Below are positions 27,251 through 42,245 of a DNA stretch of 64,000 nucleotides, piece after piece (positions within the stretch are counted from its first letter, which is position 1; each line of letters begins with the position of its first letter). A program made the position numbers and the translations under genes. The notes under the pieces were generated by a model. That model was given only the letters and a program-made list of their open reading frames with translations, made no database searches and had not been told where the DNA came from. The stretch covers positions 57,104,001-57,168,000 of the forward strand of contig NC_087436.1 of NCBI RefSeq assembly GCF_036321535.1, read 5' to 3'. The DNA comes from Camelus dromedarius. Taxonomy: Eukaryota.

Positions 27251-27436
27251 TAGGATTGGCATAGTTTTAAAAAAGAAGTATGCTCTCTTAAATATGAATT
27301 TTAGATAAACAATGAACACTTTTTAGTATAATTATGTCCCATGCAATATTTGGAATTATTCATACTAAACAATTATGTGTTGTTTGTCTGAAATTCAAAT
27401 TTAACAAGGTGTCCTGTATTATATTTGGCAAATCTA
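27251..27436. mobile_element. MER53 palindromic hAT MITE
   Basis: gaattttagataaacaa...tatgtcccatgcaatatttgg...ttgtttgtctgaaattcaaatttaac has self-complementary arms matching recalled MER53. Confidence 0.8.
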
Positions 27437-27714
27437 CTCCCACCCCACTGCTTCATCACCTGTTTGACCTAGGGGCCTTTTTGCTTCATATTGCGTCTAA
27501 AGATACAGATGCTAGAAGCATTGTTGGCCCTCAATAGAAAAGACCTGGGGAAAAGTCACTGTTAGCCATCTTGGAGCAGTATGAGGAGAGAATTTTAGGG
27601 ACCAGGTACTCAAAACCTTTTTCTAAACATCAAGGCACAGGTTCTGAGTGAATGTGTCTCCTTCACAGATTCCTTGCCCTTTGGGATTGGATATAGCTGG
27701 AAAAGAGCCAAGCC

Positions 27715-27972
27715 TTGTCTTATAGATGGCTGTCTTCTTCCTGCGACTTGACATAGTCTTCCATTTGTACTTGTCTTGTGTCCAAATTTTCTTTCTTTCT
27801 TTTTTTTAAAGAAGGATACATCCTATTGGATAAGGGCTTACTTAATGACTGTACTTTAACTTAATTACCAGTCTGAAGGCTCTATCTCCAAGCACAGAGT
27901 CACATTCTGAGATACTGGGAGTTAGAATTTCAACATATGAATTTTGGGGGAAACATAATGCTTGCCATAATA
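27715..27972 (-). mobile_element. MLT1-type MaLR LTR fragment
   Basis: gtcacattctgagatactgggagttagaatttcaacatatgaattttggggg is the reverse complement of an MLT1B/C 5' end. Confidence 0.75.
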
Positions 27973-28354
27973 GGGGCAAGAGAATGGAAGTTTTCTCCTG
28001 CTTGGACCCTGAAATCTTCTAGAATGATAGCAGGAGTTGGGAGTGAAAATCAGTCCTCTGATTTTTCTTCCTTCTGACCCTAAATATTATCATTCTCCAA
28101 AGATCAATCCTTGATCCTCTGCTTGTTTCAACCTGCTCTTTCCCAGAGTGTACTGATTATGGTGGTAACTAAATATATTTGTCAAATTTTACTCAACTAT
28201 AGACTTAAAAGGGATTAATCTTATTGTTTATAAATTATAACTCAGTAAACCTAACAATTTTTTAAAAAGTGACTATAAACAATTATTGATATGGGAGAAA
28301 AATTTGAAAACTACTTTCTCCCCTGTAGGAACTTACGAGGTTTGATATACACTG

Positions 28355-28421
28355 TATATATATATATATATATATATACATATATATGTATGTATATATA
28401 TATATACACATACATACATAC
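28355..28421. repeat. (TA)n / (TACA)n microsatellite
   Basis: Seen directly. Confidence 0.9.
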
Positions 28422-29636
28422 ATGTAGTGTGTATGTGCTTCCTATCTGTGTCCACTGGAAAGGCCTAGAAACTGATTAGCCCATACATATCCCTACCTCT
28501 AATACTGGTGATCCTGAAATATTACTTACCACTAAAGGAAACCAGGACTTTTTGGAAAAAGGACAGATGCTAGTCTGGGACAGGAAATGTAGAACGAGCC
28601 TGGAATGTCTACATATGCCAAAAAGCAAGGAAACTGTCAAAGATCACTAATATCATGTCAAAAAGATTCAGGAGTCAACTTGAAGAGGCTCCCACTACTG
28701 GCCAAAGATGGTGCAATTTAGAACTTCAATAAGATTAAAAATTGCAGTTACTTAAAAGCCATTAAATATGTGTAAATCCATGAGTTTTTTCTGATAATTA
28801 ACAAAAAAACTAATTGTCTTTAGAGAATGAAAGGAGACAACTCATTATCATGAAAACTAGTAAGAGTGGGAAAAGAATCACACTTTTAGCCTGCCTTTTC
28901 TCTATATAGGGCTCTACTAGGTAATCAAATAATAGAGGAAGGAAAGCATCTCTTTAAAAGTATTCCAACTAGTAAATGAGAAATAAATGGTAAAATTTGA
29001 GTCACTGAATAAGCCTGGCTCAAATTTCTAACCTACAAAATCATAAGATATAACAAGATGGCTAACTATTAAATGTGGGGGTTAGTTTGTTATGTAGTAA
29101 TAAATAATTGGACCATGTCCAAACATTTTCCTACATTTTTGTCTCAAGTGTACTGATTCTCTCAAAATTAAAATATTCCTTATTTTCTCTTCTTTAAATA
29201 CTGAGACTCAGAAGCTATCTAGAAATCTTAGGCTCATTTCCTGTTCACCTCAAGTTTAGATCAGTTGAGTCTAAACGTCAACATTTGATAGACTTTGTTT
29301 ATATGTTGTCACATTTTTCTCTCTACCTTCTTTGCCAGAAGAATTATTTCCCACAATAGTATGTAATTCTTCTTTTTCAGTAGTATAAATGTGATTAGAG
29401 GCGCCTCGTCTTTTGAAATATACTTAGTCACATAAAGGCATTATCATTTCTAGTTTGTAGTATGGTGTTTTTTATGATTCAACATGGTAGATAAGATAAA
29501 GTTCCTAGAATATAGGCCATAAAATAAAATTTTGTCAGCAGGACTACTCAGATGTGGTGACTAAGATTTCAGAAATAAATGATTGTTTCAAGGGTCATTA
29601 TGGGGATATAATTCACTTTTTAAATTAAAATATTCA

Positions 29637-30089
29637 TGTGGGGCTGCTATAATTTTAAGTGTCAGTTTGACTGGGCTGAGGATGCCCGGATAGCTGGTAA
29701 AACATTATTTCTGAGTGTGTCTGTGCGGGTCTGTCTGGAAGAAATTAGCATTGGAATTGGTAGACTGATAATGAAGATTGCACTCACCCATATGGGGTGC
29801 ATCATCCAATCCATTGAGGGCCTGCATGGAACAGAAAAGGTGGAAGAAAGGCCAACTCACTCTCTCTGCTTGAACTAGGACATCCATCCTTTCCTGCCTC
29901 TGGACCTGTTCTCAGGCCTTCAGGGGACTTGAGTCTTGGACTGGAACTACACCACCGGTGTTCCTGGACCTCCGGTTTGCAAGAGGGACTTCTCAGACTC
30001 CAAAATTGAGTAAGCAAATCCCTCATAATAAATCTCTTTATATATATATAATATTGTTTCTGTTTCTCCTTAGAACCCTGATTAATACA
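29637..30089 (+). mobile_element. MLT2 (ERVL) solo LTR
   Basis: gtgtcagtttgactgggct...agctggtaaaacattatttctgagtgtgtctgtg...ctgtttctccttagaaccctgattaataca. Confidence 0.85.
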
Positions 30090-33000
30090 GCTGCACAAAT
30101 CCTGTTAATTACCTGTTAGTTTTGAAATGGGCTCAGTGAAAATGTTTGCTGGAATCCTCATATTTCTTCTTTAAACAGAAGGAAAGGCTTTGTGGGAATT
30201 TTATTGTTATTTCTTTTTACTTTATATTTACCAAAATAAACCTGTGAAGCAATTTGAGGAAGGAACAACCCTTTGAAATTTGAATTGAATTGAATAGGAA
30301 ACCAAACAAAATAATAAACAGCAACAGAGATTAAAAATGGGATTTGCAAATGTGAATCCCTTCTTAACTTGATATCTTAAAAATGTAAACCATACCTCGT
30401 TGGTAATGGAAACTTGTATAAGTTAATCTTACCTCCCACACACAAATATGAAATGGAAAAGACAAGATGCCAAATCATAAAATTAAATAGATCTTTCTTC
30501 CTTGGTAACAGGAAACTAAGACAATATTACCAATTTGTAAGCAAATACATCTTTTCCCAGATTAATCATTCTTAATTTAGGGGGTAGAAGGGATGGTAAT
30601 GAACCTCTTTTGAGAATCTGGTTTTTAAAAAGCTATGGAATGCCTTCCAGGAAATTGCATGTGCACACAACAGATTGTGCATAATTTCAGGAAGTTCATG
30701 GACCTCCTGGTGCTCTGTGGGCTTCACATTAAAAAATTCTGACAAAGAGATCTTCAGTCCTAATAATTCCGGTGGAAACCATGGAGATACCATCCCTGTA
30801 TGTGCCTTTTAAAATTCAAAACCTCTAGTATCTACCATTACCAATTTAGGGGATTAAAGATAGTGAGTATTTTTCACCCTTTTGATAATTACCTGCTCTG
30901 TTTTGTTAACTATGATAATTGCTTTTCTGGAAAAAGATAGGATTTAAATTCTAAATAAAATACATAATTCTTGCTTTTCAGTAACTTCCCATTAAAGAGC
31001 AAATCTCACGTTGTATCTTTTCCTTGCTTGATTTTTTTTCATCCTAATTTTTACCCCTTCTTTTTCCTACGTATGCATTTCTTACAATTGTCAGGACACT
31101 CTCAACTAAAAACTTGAGTTTATACACACATACACACATGACCTTACTTTTTCTTCCAATGTCCTTGTAATTCAATTTCTTCACAGCATTGTGTAATCAC
31201 TATTTTGTTGTCTACATCTACAGTGTCAGGAGGATGCTTGATACTTTGACTCATTCAACTCACAAATTCAAGTCCAAATTTTACCATATCTGTACTTGCA
31301 GCATCTCATTTTTGTTGTATTAATTCCTACCTTGAAATCATCCTTTTATATCTGCCACTCTGCAAATGTCATGTTTCACAATATATTTAAGTCAAACTGG
31401 ATCATTGTTATCAATCCTGTATGTATTTTTTTCTTCTTGAATTGGTTTTTACAGAGAGATTCTAAAAGAAAGTTATTTCTTTCCTTCAGCCATTTCAAAT
31501 TCTACAAACATTAAACATAATTCACAATTTTTCTTACTGCCAGATCTACTTAGACTTAGTCAAAACATTGTTTTGAGGGTAAATTACATATTAATATTTT
31601 ACATTTTTATGCAGTGTATTTTGTCTGTGGGCTGTTTCTACTTAGGTATTTGATACTATTATAAATGCCTTACATTGTACATGTCTATATTCTTGAAAGT
31701 GGAAGCATTACTGAACCCAAAACAGGGGCCTTAATAACTAATCATGGATGATATATTTATAGTCATATAATGAGGAAGATGAACTCTTCATAAGAAAGTA
31801 ATAAAAATTACAAAGTCATTGTGAAATTAGATACCTGTGTTTAAATCACATCACTTTTGTTTACTAGCTGTGTGATAGTCTCTCAATTTCCTTAACTGTT
31901 AAATAGGGAAAGTAGTGCCCACACTAAAGGGTTTCTGTGGATTAAATTTGAAATAATTAATGCTTAGGGCAGGACCTGGCCAGTCGTTATTACCAAGTAA
32001 ATATTCGTTATTTTTTGAGTAGAATTCATCTTACCTAGGGCCTAGACTTTCAGTAAGCAAATTATGTGAATGATCACTTTTAATTAAAATTATCCTTATA
32101 AATTCTATAAATCGGTCACAAATCATAGTATATATAGATTTGTGTATAGTACATAACTCCCAGTAATTTATTTATTTAATCATTATCATATGCCTACTCA
32201 GTACCAAAGGACTATAGGAGGTGCTAGGAAATATAAGAATGAAAAAGACTGATGTGATTTTTGTATTTCCTCAGATAGCTTAAAGTCTGTCAGTGAGATA
32301 ATTAACCATAAATTACAAAATAGTGCCATATATGCTATGATAGTGAAAGTAAAGTGTGTAATTCAAGACAAGCCCTTATGATTTGGTGCAGAAAGCTAGG
32401 GAGAAAGTGACAGCTGAGTCTGGAAGGATGAATACAAGTAAACCAGTAAAGAAGGTAAAGTAGTGACCGGGAGGGAGAAGCTTGACATCCTTGAGAGGCC
32501 ATATAAGGGAGTATGTACTTAATCCCCTGGGGCAGAGGAAAGGCTCAAGGTTTACTGAGCAGTTAAGAAAGTTAACTCTAGTGTTTATAAACATTGAATT
32601 GGAGTGCAGCAAGAATGAAGGCCTATCTTTACAAAAGAATGACAGCAAATAAATGTAGAGGAATGATAAGTTTGTTAAACCACTACTTTGCAGCTTTGAA
32701 ATAATAATGTAGGCAGGAATCATTAATGGATGACGGTAAAATGAATGAGTGAAAGGATAGTGAGGAGTAGGATTGTCACAAGTTATTCATCCCACAGGTG
32801 ATTTGCTAGTTATAAAGGGAAACATGTATCCTTACAATGCAGAGATCTGCTGAACATGACGTTATGTGCTTCTTGACATAATGCGATAAGGGGTTGTTAT
32901 GGGCTGGATTGTGCCTCCTCGAAATTCATTTTTTGACATCGTAATCCCCAGTATCTCAGAATGTTACTGTATTTGGAGATAGGGACTTTAAAGAGGCAAT

Positions 33001-35989
33001 TAAGATAAAATTAAGTTATATGGATGGATCCAAGACCAAGGTAGTAATAGTGGAGATGAAGAAAACAAGATGGATTTTGAAACAAAATTATAAAATTGAA
33101 TTGGCAGGATTTGTTGATAGATTGAGATGTAGTAGGAGGCGGGGTGGCATGTTGTCTGGGAAGAGGAGAATTCTGGAATAAACAGTGCTGTAGATGTTGG
33201 TTCCTCTGAGACGGGGAACAAAGGAGGAGGAGAAAAAACCAATTTGGGGGAAGTGATGATATCAACTTTGGATAATGACAACCATCAATCAGGATTTCTA
33301 AACCTACACCACATTATGGTGTAGACTGCTCGAAAGGCCACTCATTTTTCCCTAGATGATATTTTAATGTAGTTCATAATCAATTGTAAAATCAAGAACT
33401 ATGCCAGGCATTTACAAATACATTGCACATAACAATTGTCACACAGTCCAATTAAATAATTGTCACTTTTTTCTCTGAGCCTTAGTTCCTCACTGTAAAA
33501 GAGGGATAATACTTAGTCATATTATAACAAATTGAAGAAACTCAGAATTGTGGTGTATCCCAGATGCCTACTCCAATGCCCATGTATATAATAAGTACTT
33601 AATAAATACATGTTGAATTGAACACATACATCACTGAAATTCCCACATGTTCACTTCTCATTCTACCAATAGACAAGCTTGTGCTATGACCAGTTACAAT
33701 AAAGTTATTGATTTGTCCATGCCTTGAGATAAGAATTCAGCATAAAACTAGTAAAACATATTATGTTTATAAAAGACATATATCAATTCATTTGATCTTG
33801 ACTATAACCATGAATATGTTATTTTTACATGTTAAAATGAAGAAATTAACTCTCTAAAGGATCAAATAGCAGTGACTTAGGCCATTTTTGCTGGTAGGAG
33901 GCAGAACTAAGACTGGAAAATAGACATGGGCTGTTTTCTTCTGCCCCACAGGTGCTGTAGAAAATGCTGAGTTTAAAATATGAGTGAGAAGAAATGAAAC
34001 GTGAATTTTATATGATCCTATACATTGCCCCAGGTGATGTACAGTGACACTCTACAAAGGTTTTATGTTTCACTTTTAATTTTAGGCTTGTGTTTTTTCT
34101 GAGCAGAGACTGAAATTCATGAGGGATGAGATGGGTGCTGTATAAACACACTTGCACAGACACATGTCATCTTTCACTGCTATTAGAAGTAATAAACATT
34201 TAAATTCATGGTCTAAGACAGATTTCAACTTAAGTCTTTATAGAGGGAAAGATAGGTTAGCAATCCATCACAACTCTAACTCAAAATCAGTTTAATTTTT
34301 TGTCAGATTACCACCATTTCAAAGGTATTTAAGGGTAACTGTCTAGATAGATAACTAATCTTAAAACACATGTAAAAAGATCAAAGATCTAACATGATGA
34401 AATGCAGCATAGACAAAATATTTTGTAAGTTTTACAGGTTCAGAATTAGGCTTCATTTGAAATTTATATAGCACACCTGGTCTCTCTTCCTAATATCAAT
34501 ATTTCTGAGACATTGGAAAACACTTTTGAGTTAGTGTGTAGGAAGGATTATTTTTATGATTTGTGAATGATTTGCACTATGTTAGAATCAGTATCAAAGT
34601 TGTCTCTGAATGACAGAATTGACCAGTCATTTTTCTACTTAGGCAAAGTAGTTAGAATAATTTAAGGAATTCCCAGAAGTGCCTCTGTTCAGAAATCATT
34701 GGCTTACCTAAAATGCCCAAGTTTTATTTGTGCTAACCATTGCCCTGGTTTAAGATGATGCTTTAAAAAAGTAAATACTCCTAGAAAGGAAATTAGGTCT
34801 CAGGTAAATGTGTCATCTTGTGTTTGTCATTCATTCATGGTCACTCCCTTGTTGCTGTGTTGTTCTTCACAGTACATGTTTATTGAGGTCCAATTTACAT
34901 ACAATAAAATTCACCCTTTTTAGGGTGTATAGTTTGATGGGTTTTGACAAATACACGTGGTCACATAACCACCAACACAATTAAGATACACGTTTTTATC
35001 ACCTGCGAAAGTTCCCTCTTGTCCTCCTGTTGTCAGTCGTCAGCCTTCTTCCTGAGTCCCTGTCAGCCACTGATTTGATTTCTGTCTCAATAGTTTTGTG
35101 TTTTGTAGGCTAGTTACAGTGCTTGGTGCTCAAGATGCAGAGGCAGTAAGATCTAGTCCCTGCAGTGAAGGATCTTGTCGAGTGGTGGAGACACACTTGT
35201 TAACAGAATATTACCACAGGGTGAACATAGTACAGATATACAAATGACATACTTTGGTAGCACAGAAGACATACAGGTGACTTTGTGGATATTGGAAAAT
35301 GCTACATTCAGGAGATGATCGTTGAATTGGGTTCTGAAAGGATGAGTTGGGATGGGACAAACAAAGAAGATGGGGTAAGACTTTCTGACTGGAAGCAATA
35401 TCAGCACATGGGCATTAAATGAGGAATGTTTCTGTGTCTTCTGAAAAGGTGGTGAAGATAAGTGTGGCTGAAATAGATCCATTCGACGTATACGTAGGAG
35501 TCAGTATTCCATTCGTCATGCATTTGTACCCCAACTTCAGGCATCCATTTCCTGGATAGTTAATGAAATAAACTATCATTAGCACTTTGTCAGTGGCTAT
35601 TTCTGTTGTATATCTTTGCAGTTTAAATTTGATTTTAAATTACATAGAGAAAGGCTTGAGTTTGAATTGTCCAGTATTCACCAGTATTAACCAGTAAGGA
35701 GGTTAACTGAATTTGAAGTGTTTGAACATGAGGCAGTTTTTGTATTGGAGAACATTTCTTGCTTCTATAAAAGTCATACCTGAAGACCACTTCTGTGGAG
35801 CAACAAGAATTCTTAACTTGGTGTCAGTTTATTCCTTCCAGTCTTCCTTTCTCTAACTTATTTCCTATTTCCGTTAGGAATGCTTTTGCTTTGAGAAGCA
35901 GAAAAACTAACATGACTTAAATCATAAGCCTTTTACTTAAAGTTTTCTTTGCAAGAAGTCTACTGGTTGTTGGTCTCACAGTTGATCAA

Positions 35990-36145
35990 ATATATACAAG
36001 ATCTTATGGTAGCTCACAGAGGAAAAAATGTGACAATGAATATATATATATATGTTCATGTATAACTGAAAAATTGTGCTCTACACTGGAATTTGACACA
36101 ACATTGTAAAATGATTAGAAATCAATAAAAAAAATGCTAAAAAAC
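35990..36145 (+). mobile_element. Short lineage-type L1 3' end inside a degenerate MLT1 LTR (about 35870-36520, minus)
   Basis: aatgtgacaatgaatatat...tgtataactgaaaaattgtgctctacactggaatttgacacaacattgtaaa...aataaaaaaaa. Confidence 0.7.
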
Positions 36146-39100
36146 TATATCATCAAGGGTGCAGATTGTCCTAACTTTTTCTCCAACATTCTTAGCATTT
36201 CATCTACATATTATCATCTTACGGTTGTTTGTTAGAGGACTGCACAATTCCAAACATCACATCCACATTTAAGGCAAGAAGAGAAGGGAGGGCAGTGCAG
36301 TGAGCTCTCTTTTTCACTTATTCCCTTATTAGAAAGCCACCCAAAAGATTGCCCCTATCAGTTCATTGAACAGAACCAGGTCACTTGGTCAGTACTCTTA
36401 GACCAAAGGGAGGCCATGAAAATGAGAACTTGGTTTTCCTAGCTCTGTAGTAGAAAGTGACAAAGAAAAGAGGCGATTAAGAATGCTTTTATACTGTCAA
36501 TCAACAGTGTTTGCCACACATTCCAACAGTCTTTTTTTTTTTTTTGATTCCTATATAGCAAAGGAAATTACTACCCTTAAATTCAAGAGTTTTAGGTGTT
36601 CTCTCTGTCTGCAGTATCTCTCCTGCTCCCATCTCTTCCTACCAGAATCGTCAAGACTCTTCAACACCATTTCAAATGCCAACTTATTATCCTGAGTTGG
36701 ATAATATCTTTCACATCTTCAATTCCTCCTGCTGCTTTAACCCCACAACCTGGTCTTCCAGGCTCCAATCCATTCTCCAAAAATATGACATCAATTTTGC
36801 ACACTTATGTGGCTCTCCATTGCTCCAGGAAAAGGTACAAGATCTTTAACCTGGCTCATAAAATTCTATGTTCTGGCCCTTGATCTTTGAGTCCTCTCCA
36901 GTCTCATCTTTAGTCTCTACCTTCCTACCCTCATTGCAGTCTTACTGAACTTACAGTTCCTCCTGTGCACCGCTCTCCCTTCCTAGTCTTTACACAAACT
37001 GTTCTCTTGCCCTGAAAAACTATTCCTTGCATTCTGGTGATGTCTCGACCCACTTCACTTAGCTGACTGACTTTCTTGCTCTCCCTCAATCCTTCTCAGT
37101 GTTTTTTAGTTCATACAGTGTTCTTCTATCAGATGTCATTTTCACACTGTATTATAATGGCTATTATAATTCTCGGTCACTGCTCATAGTTTCTAAGATG
37201 CTGCATGTTAGTCTGTTGAAGTGTTCTTTGAAATAGATGCTCTATGAATATTTTGGGAACAAACGAATGAATGACTTGAGCTCAGACTGAAACTCACTAA
37301 GTTTAACTGGATTGAATGGGAAGTAATTAGGAAATATATAAATATATTTTTAACAATTTGGTATACAAACACCTTTGATATTTAAAGTTGAGTTTGGGAA
37401 TTAAATTATAGGGGGAAATAGATATCAAAATGTCATTGGTTAAATGTGAGCTCTTAGTGAAAATTCTGGAAAAGCTGTGTTAACAGCATAATCCCAAATC
37501 TATTTTTGCCATATTCAGCCTACTTACTTATTTGATGAAGGATCTCAAAAGTGAAGGGAAAAATCATTATTCCAGCAATGATTTGTCATTACAGGTCTGA
37601 ACTGCCAGAGGCACCAGGCCACCCAAAATCTATATAGCATGAGTCACAAACCAAACAGGTCTTTACTGTGTCTGAATTCCAGTTCCTAATCATGAAGCTG
37701 ACTGTGAACGTGACAGCATTTAAAGATAAAAGAACTGATTCTGCACAAGGGACATTTTGTTTTGCATATTTCTGTATATTGAGGAAAGAGAGTCATAGAG
37801 TATAAAAGATATATTAAAATTATAAGATATATTATAAGTTCACAATTAATATATATTCATATCTAAATAACCTCTAAGCAATAAAAAATTAGAATCATTT
37901 TTAAAGCATTTTCCCTTTCAAAACATTTTATATTCCCTATAAAATAAGTAGCAGTTGGACCGATGGATGGATTATGTTGTGGTGCATGATAGGTGCACAA
38001 ATATTTGTTGACTGTATTGATTGGCTCAAATGGGTATAAGGAAATCTAGGTTCTATGTTCCAGCTTGAACTGCTTGAGAGTAGGTAAATCACTTCACCTA
38101 ATTCTAGACTAATAAATACATAAATTGTATGATATATTAGAAAATGATCATTGCTTTTGAAAAGAAAAGGGTAAAGCAAGGTTGAGAAGATCAGGAGTAG
38201 GGATGTGTGGTTAGGTGAGTGCATATGCTTGACATATATGAGCAGTCAGTAAAATACTATCATTATTATTATTCTGGTTCTTATCTGAAGATGAAAACAT
38301 TAGGTTGAATGATTCCTAGTGCTTGAAAAATATTTGTGTTCCATTTCAGGATTTTGTGGCTAATGGGCTCTGTTGTGAACTTCTAAGTTTTGTAAAGTTA
38401 TTGTACTTCTATTTGTTGCTTAAGAATTTTTTGTGTTTATCTTCCTTGTGATTTCTGTAAAACAGTATGACTTTAATAATGTAGGGATTATCAAATTAAT
38501 TTTAAAAATACACTGACTTATTTAAAATACCATAAACTCAAATAAAAATTTTGGTATACTTAAGAAGAAATATATAATAGTATGAGAGAGTTTTTTGTCA
38601 GGTCAGTTTCCTTTAAATCTTATCTTTTGGGTCTTTGATTCATGATTTTTTTAAGTTTTTCAACAAATACTGGCACACAGCCTTATCCTAACACATTCCT
38701 GTTTGAAATGAACATAGTTCCCATTATTGTCTTGGAAACAAACATTTACAGCACATATGTTAGGACCTGTCCCCAAAGATTGTTGAACATCATTAGAAGC
38801 AGGTGTTTTGCATTGCTATAAATTATAAACTAGAATCCATACTATCAGTCCCAGATGAGTTTCTACATGAATATTAATTTTTTTAAATGAAGGGAAGAAG
38901 AAAAAGAAAAGTCCTCAAATGCTTAAACCAGCTTAATCATCTATTAGAGGACTTGAGAAAGGGTGATAAAATGTATGTTGTTTCTATAGCAATCTTACTA
39001 TTCCTTTGCCTGCACAGGTATCTAGATTCCAGCATAGTAAAATGTACTAAGTTCTAAATACTCTGATGTTCTTATAATCTTTAACTCCTTCTATTCATTT

Positions 39101-39171
39101 TAGCTGGTGTAAATTATACTTTTATGGGTTCCATAAGCTTTAATAGAAAAATTTTGGTATTTTAAAATAGA

Positions 39172-39620
39172 TGTGTACTATTATCCACACGACAAATTAG
39201 CCTCCAAACATAGTCAGTTAAAACAACAAATATTTATTATTTCACATTGTTTCTGAGGATCAGGAATCTGGGAGTGACTTAGCCAAATGATTCTGGCTCA
39301 GGGTTTCTCATGAGATAGCAATCAAGTTTTTATCTGAATCTGCAGTCATTTCAAGACTCAAGTAGGACTGGAGGATCCACTTCCAAACTCACTCATGTGG
39401 TTATTTGCAGGCTTCAGGCCCTTACTGATGAGCCTGGCTGTGGCAGCTAGCATCCCCCACAGCAACTGATCCAAAAGGAGAGTGATTGAAGTGCCTTTTA
39501 TAACCTCGTATCATCCTGCCATGCCATCACTTCTGCTGTATTCTGCTGATCACACAGACTAATCCTAGTACAATTTGGAATGAGAACTAGGAGGCAGGGA
39601 TCACTGGGGGCCTTCTTGAA
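39172..39620 (-). mobile_element. MLT1F/G-type MaLR LTR
   Basis: aaacaacaaatatttattatttcaca...tcaggaatctgggagtgacttagc...tggctcagggtttctcatgag. Confidence 0.75.
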
Positions 39621-39716
39621 TCATTGGATATATATATATTATATTTATATATATATAAAATTAATTGTTTAATCTTCCTAGCTGACTGCCAAATTAGAGT
39701 CTAAAGACATTACACC

Positions 39717-39747
<31 letters not shown>

Positions 39748-40734
39748 GGTGGAGTGTTTGGGCAAACAACTATTTCTAACCATTTTTACCAAGAGACCAG
39801 CTTTGGATTGGCTTTTCCCTTGCAGAAAGATTGTAATACAACTTTGACACATACATCATTAAATTATCAGAAAACACTTTAAAAATAATCCTAAAGATGA
39901 GAATTAAAGGAATTTTATAATCTTATGAAGAAATTATAAAAAATTTAAACACAAAGCTGAAATTAAAGGAATAGTAATAAAACATGTTTGATAGGAGAAA
40001 GAAAAATCCAAAGCTTTTCTTTATTGAGATCATTAAAACAGAACCTGACCACCAAAAAATGAAAGAAAACAAAGGTATACACGGTTAGACATAATAAAGG
40101 AGATATTACCTCAGATCAGGAGGTAGAAAAGAAATTATGAGACCATTATGTGAAACTTCAAATTTGAAAATGTGGTTCCAAGTTTGAAAACCTAGGAAAA
40201 AATGGATTATTTATGGAGACCAATGGTTTTCAAAATGTGGCCCCTCAGTGAGCAGCATTAGTATCACCAGGAAACTTGTTAGAAGTAAAATTTTCAGACC
40301 TGCTAAATCAGAAACCCTAGGAGTGGGATGTATGAATCTGTGTTTTAACAAGCATGCTACAGTATGAGAGCCACTCAAAGAACAATTGCCATAAAGGTGA
40401 TCGGAAAAGTGATTTAAACTCTGACATTAAAAAAGAGACTTGGATCAAGTGAGTTCACAGCTGTTTTATCTAACCTTTCAAGGATACATCAACAGTTTTA
40501 GAGGAAATTTCTAAGCGTTAGAAATATATTGGGGGTGAAAAAAAGAATGATCACAGAGGAGGATGTGATTGGGTGACTACATCAGGAATTTTGGGGAGTG
40601 CTAGTGATGTTCTGTTTCTTGACCTGAGTGGTTATTTGCTTTTTAATTATTTTTAAGCTGGACATATGTATAAATATAGGTAGGCTGATTGATAGATCAT
40701 TTATGTTCTCTTCTGTGTATTTATTCAATCCATA

Positions 40735-41590
40735 TTTATTTAGTGCCTCCTATGTGAAAGACACTGTTTCAGGCACTTGGATACTTCAATAAAAAAAACA
40801 ATGTTCTCTGTCTCATGGAGCTTACATTATAGTGGGAAAATATCAGTAAATACTGTAACAAGTTTTATCATAGTTTAAGGTGACAAGTCTATGGAAAAAA
40901 AATAAGGTCGAGTAGTTAAGGGGACAAGGAGTGCTAGGATGAAGGTCTCATTGTTAAAATGAGATTTTATCAAAGACTGGAAGATGAGGTGGTGAACCAG
41001 AAGAGTGTCAAGGAGAGGCCAAGTGAACAACTAGTGAAAAGCCTTAAAGTAGAAACATGACTGGTATTTTAAGGAAGATCAGGGAGGCCAGTGTAACTGG
41101 AGCAGAGTGGGTGGCAAGAAGAGAAGTTGGGAAAGAAGGTAGAGAGCTAATTGGACCAGATCCTGTAAGGCCTTGTAGGCCGCTGTAAAGTTTTCAAACA
41201 GAGTGTAAGAGGGAGTAATTGTAGGGTTTGGTTGTAGAAGTTATATGCTCTGACTTACATATTTGGAAGTATCACTCTAACTACAGTATTAAGAATAAAC
41301 AGAAGGGTAGAAGCATGAAGACCACTTAGGAGGCTTCCATTGCATTGCTGACCATTGCAGTAATTTAGGCAAGAGATATTGGATTGGACCAGGGTGACAG
41401 CAGAACAGGTGATGAGAAGTAGTTGGGGACGTGTTGTAAAGGTATAGCCAACAAAATACCCTGACAGAGTGAAAGTGTGGTATGAGAGAAAGAGAAGGAT
41501 CAGGGAAGAAAAAACAATGCCTCATTGTTTTTGATCTGAGCAACTGAAGTATGGAGTCACCAGCAACTGAAATGAAGAAGGCTGAGGTTT
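40735..41590 (-). mobile_element. L2 LINE fragment
   Basis: atatttatttagtgcctcctatgtg...ctcatggagcttacatt...ggaggccagtgtaactggagcagagtg...tgagcaactg is the reverse of an L2 3' end. Confidence 0.8.
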
Positions 41591-42195
41591 TTTTTTAGAA
41601 GATGAATGTATAGCTTGCAATTAAAAAGTTTATTAAATAGCACATATAATATTATATATTTTTGTACAATTATAAATGTACATACACACATACCAGGGAG
41701 ATGTATGAAAGGACGGGCTCAAAAAAGGCCAAACTTGGAAGGGTCCTGAAGTATCATTCTAAAGAAAAAGTGAGGAAGTACAGAATAGTGAGTACATTGG
41801 GCTTATGTGTCAATAACAGGGTGGGAAAAACAATATTTATTTGTGTTTGCTTGTATGTGCGTGAAGTACCTCTTAATTTTCTGGTGTCATTAGTTGCTTA
41901 TAGGAAGGGCAACTGACTGGCCAGGGGACAGGACTAAAAGGCAGGTTGTTTTACTGCCTACTGTTGTTTATCTGCCCAACACTGAACCATGTGCATGTAT
42001 TATCTGTTCAGAACTACTTAATTAATAAGTAAAAATCTTATTTCTAATGTTGGTGGAAATGAAAGGAAGGGTGTATTCTCATATTATTAATAGAAATGTG
42101 AATTACACAGCTTTTTTGGTAATGCAGTATGATGTCAATTATAAATAAAAGTACATATATAAATATATATTGTATATATAAATGAGTACAAACAG

Positions 42196-42197
<2 letters not shown>

Positions 42198-42238
<41 letters not shown>

Positions 42239-42245
42239 TACACAC
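42198..42245. repeat. (CA)n microsatellite within an old L1 fragment
   Basis: Seen directly. Confidence 0.95.
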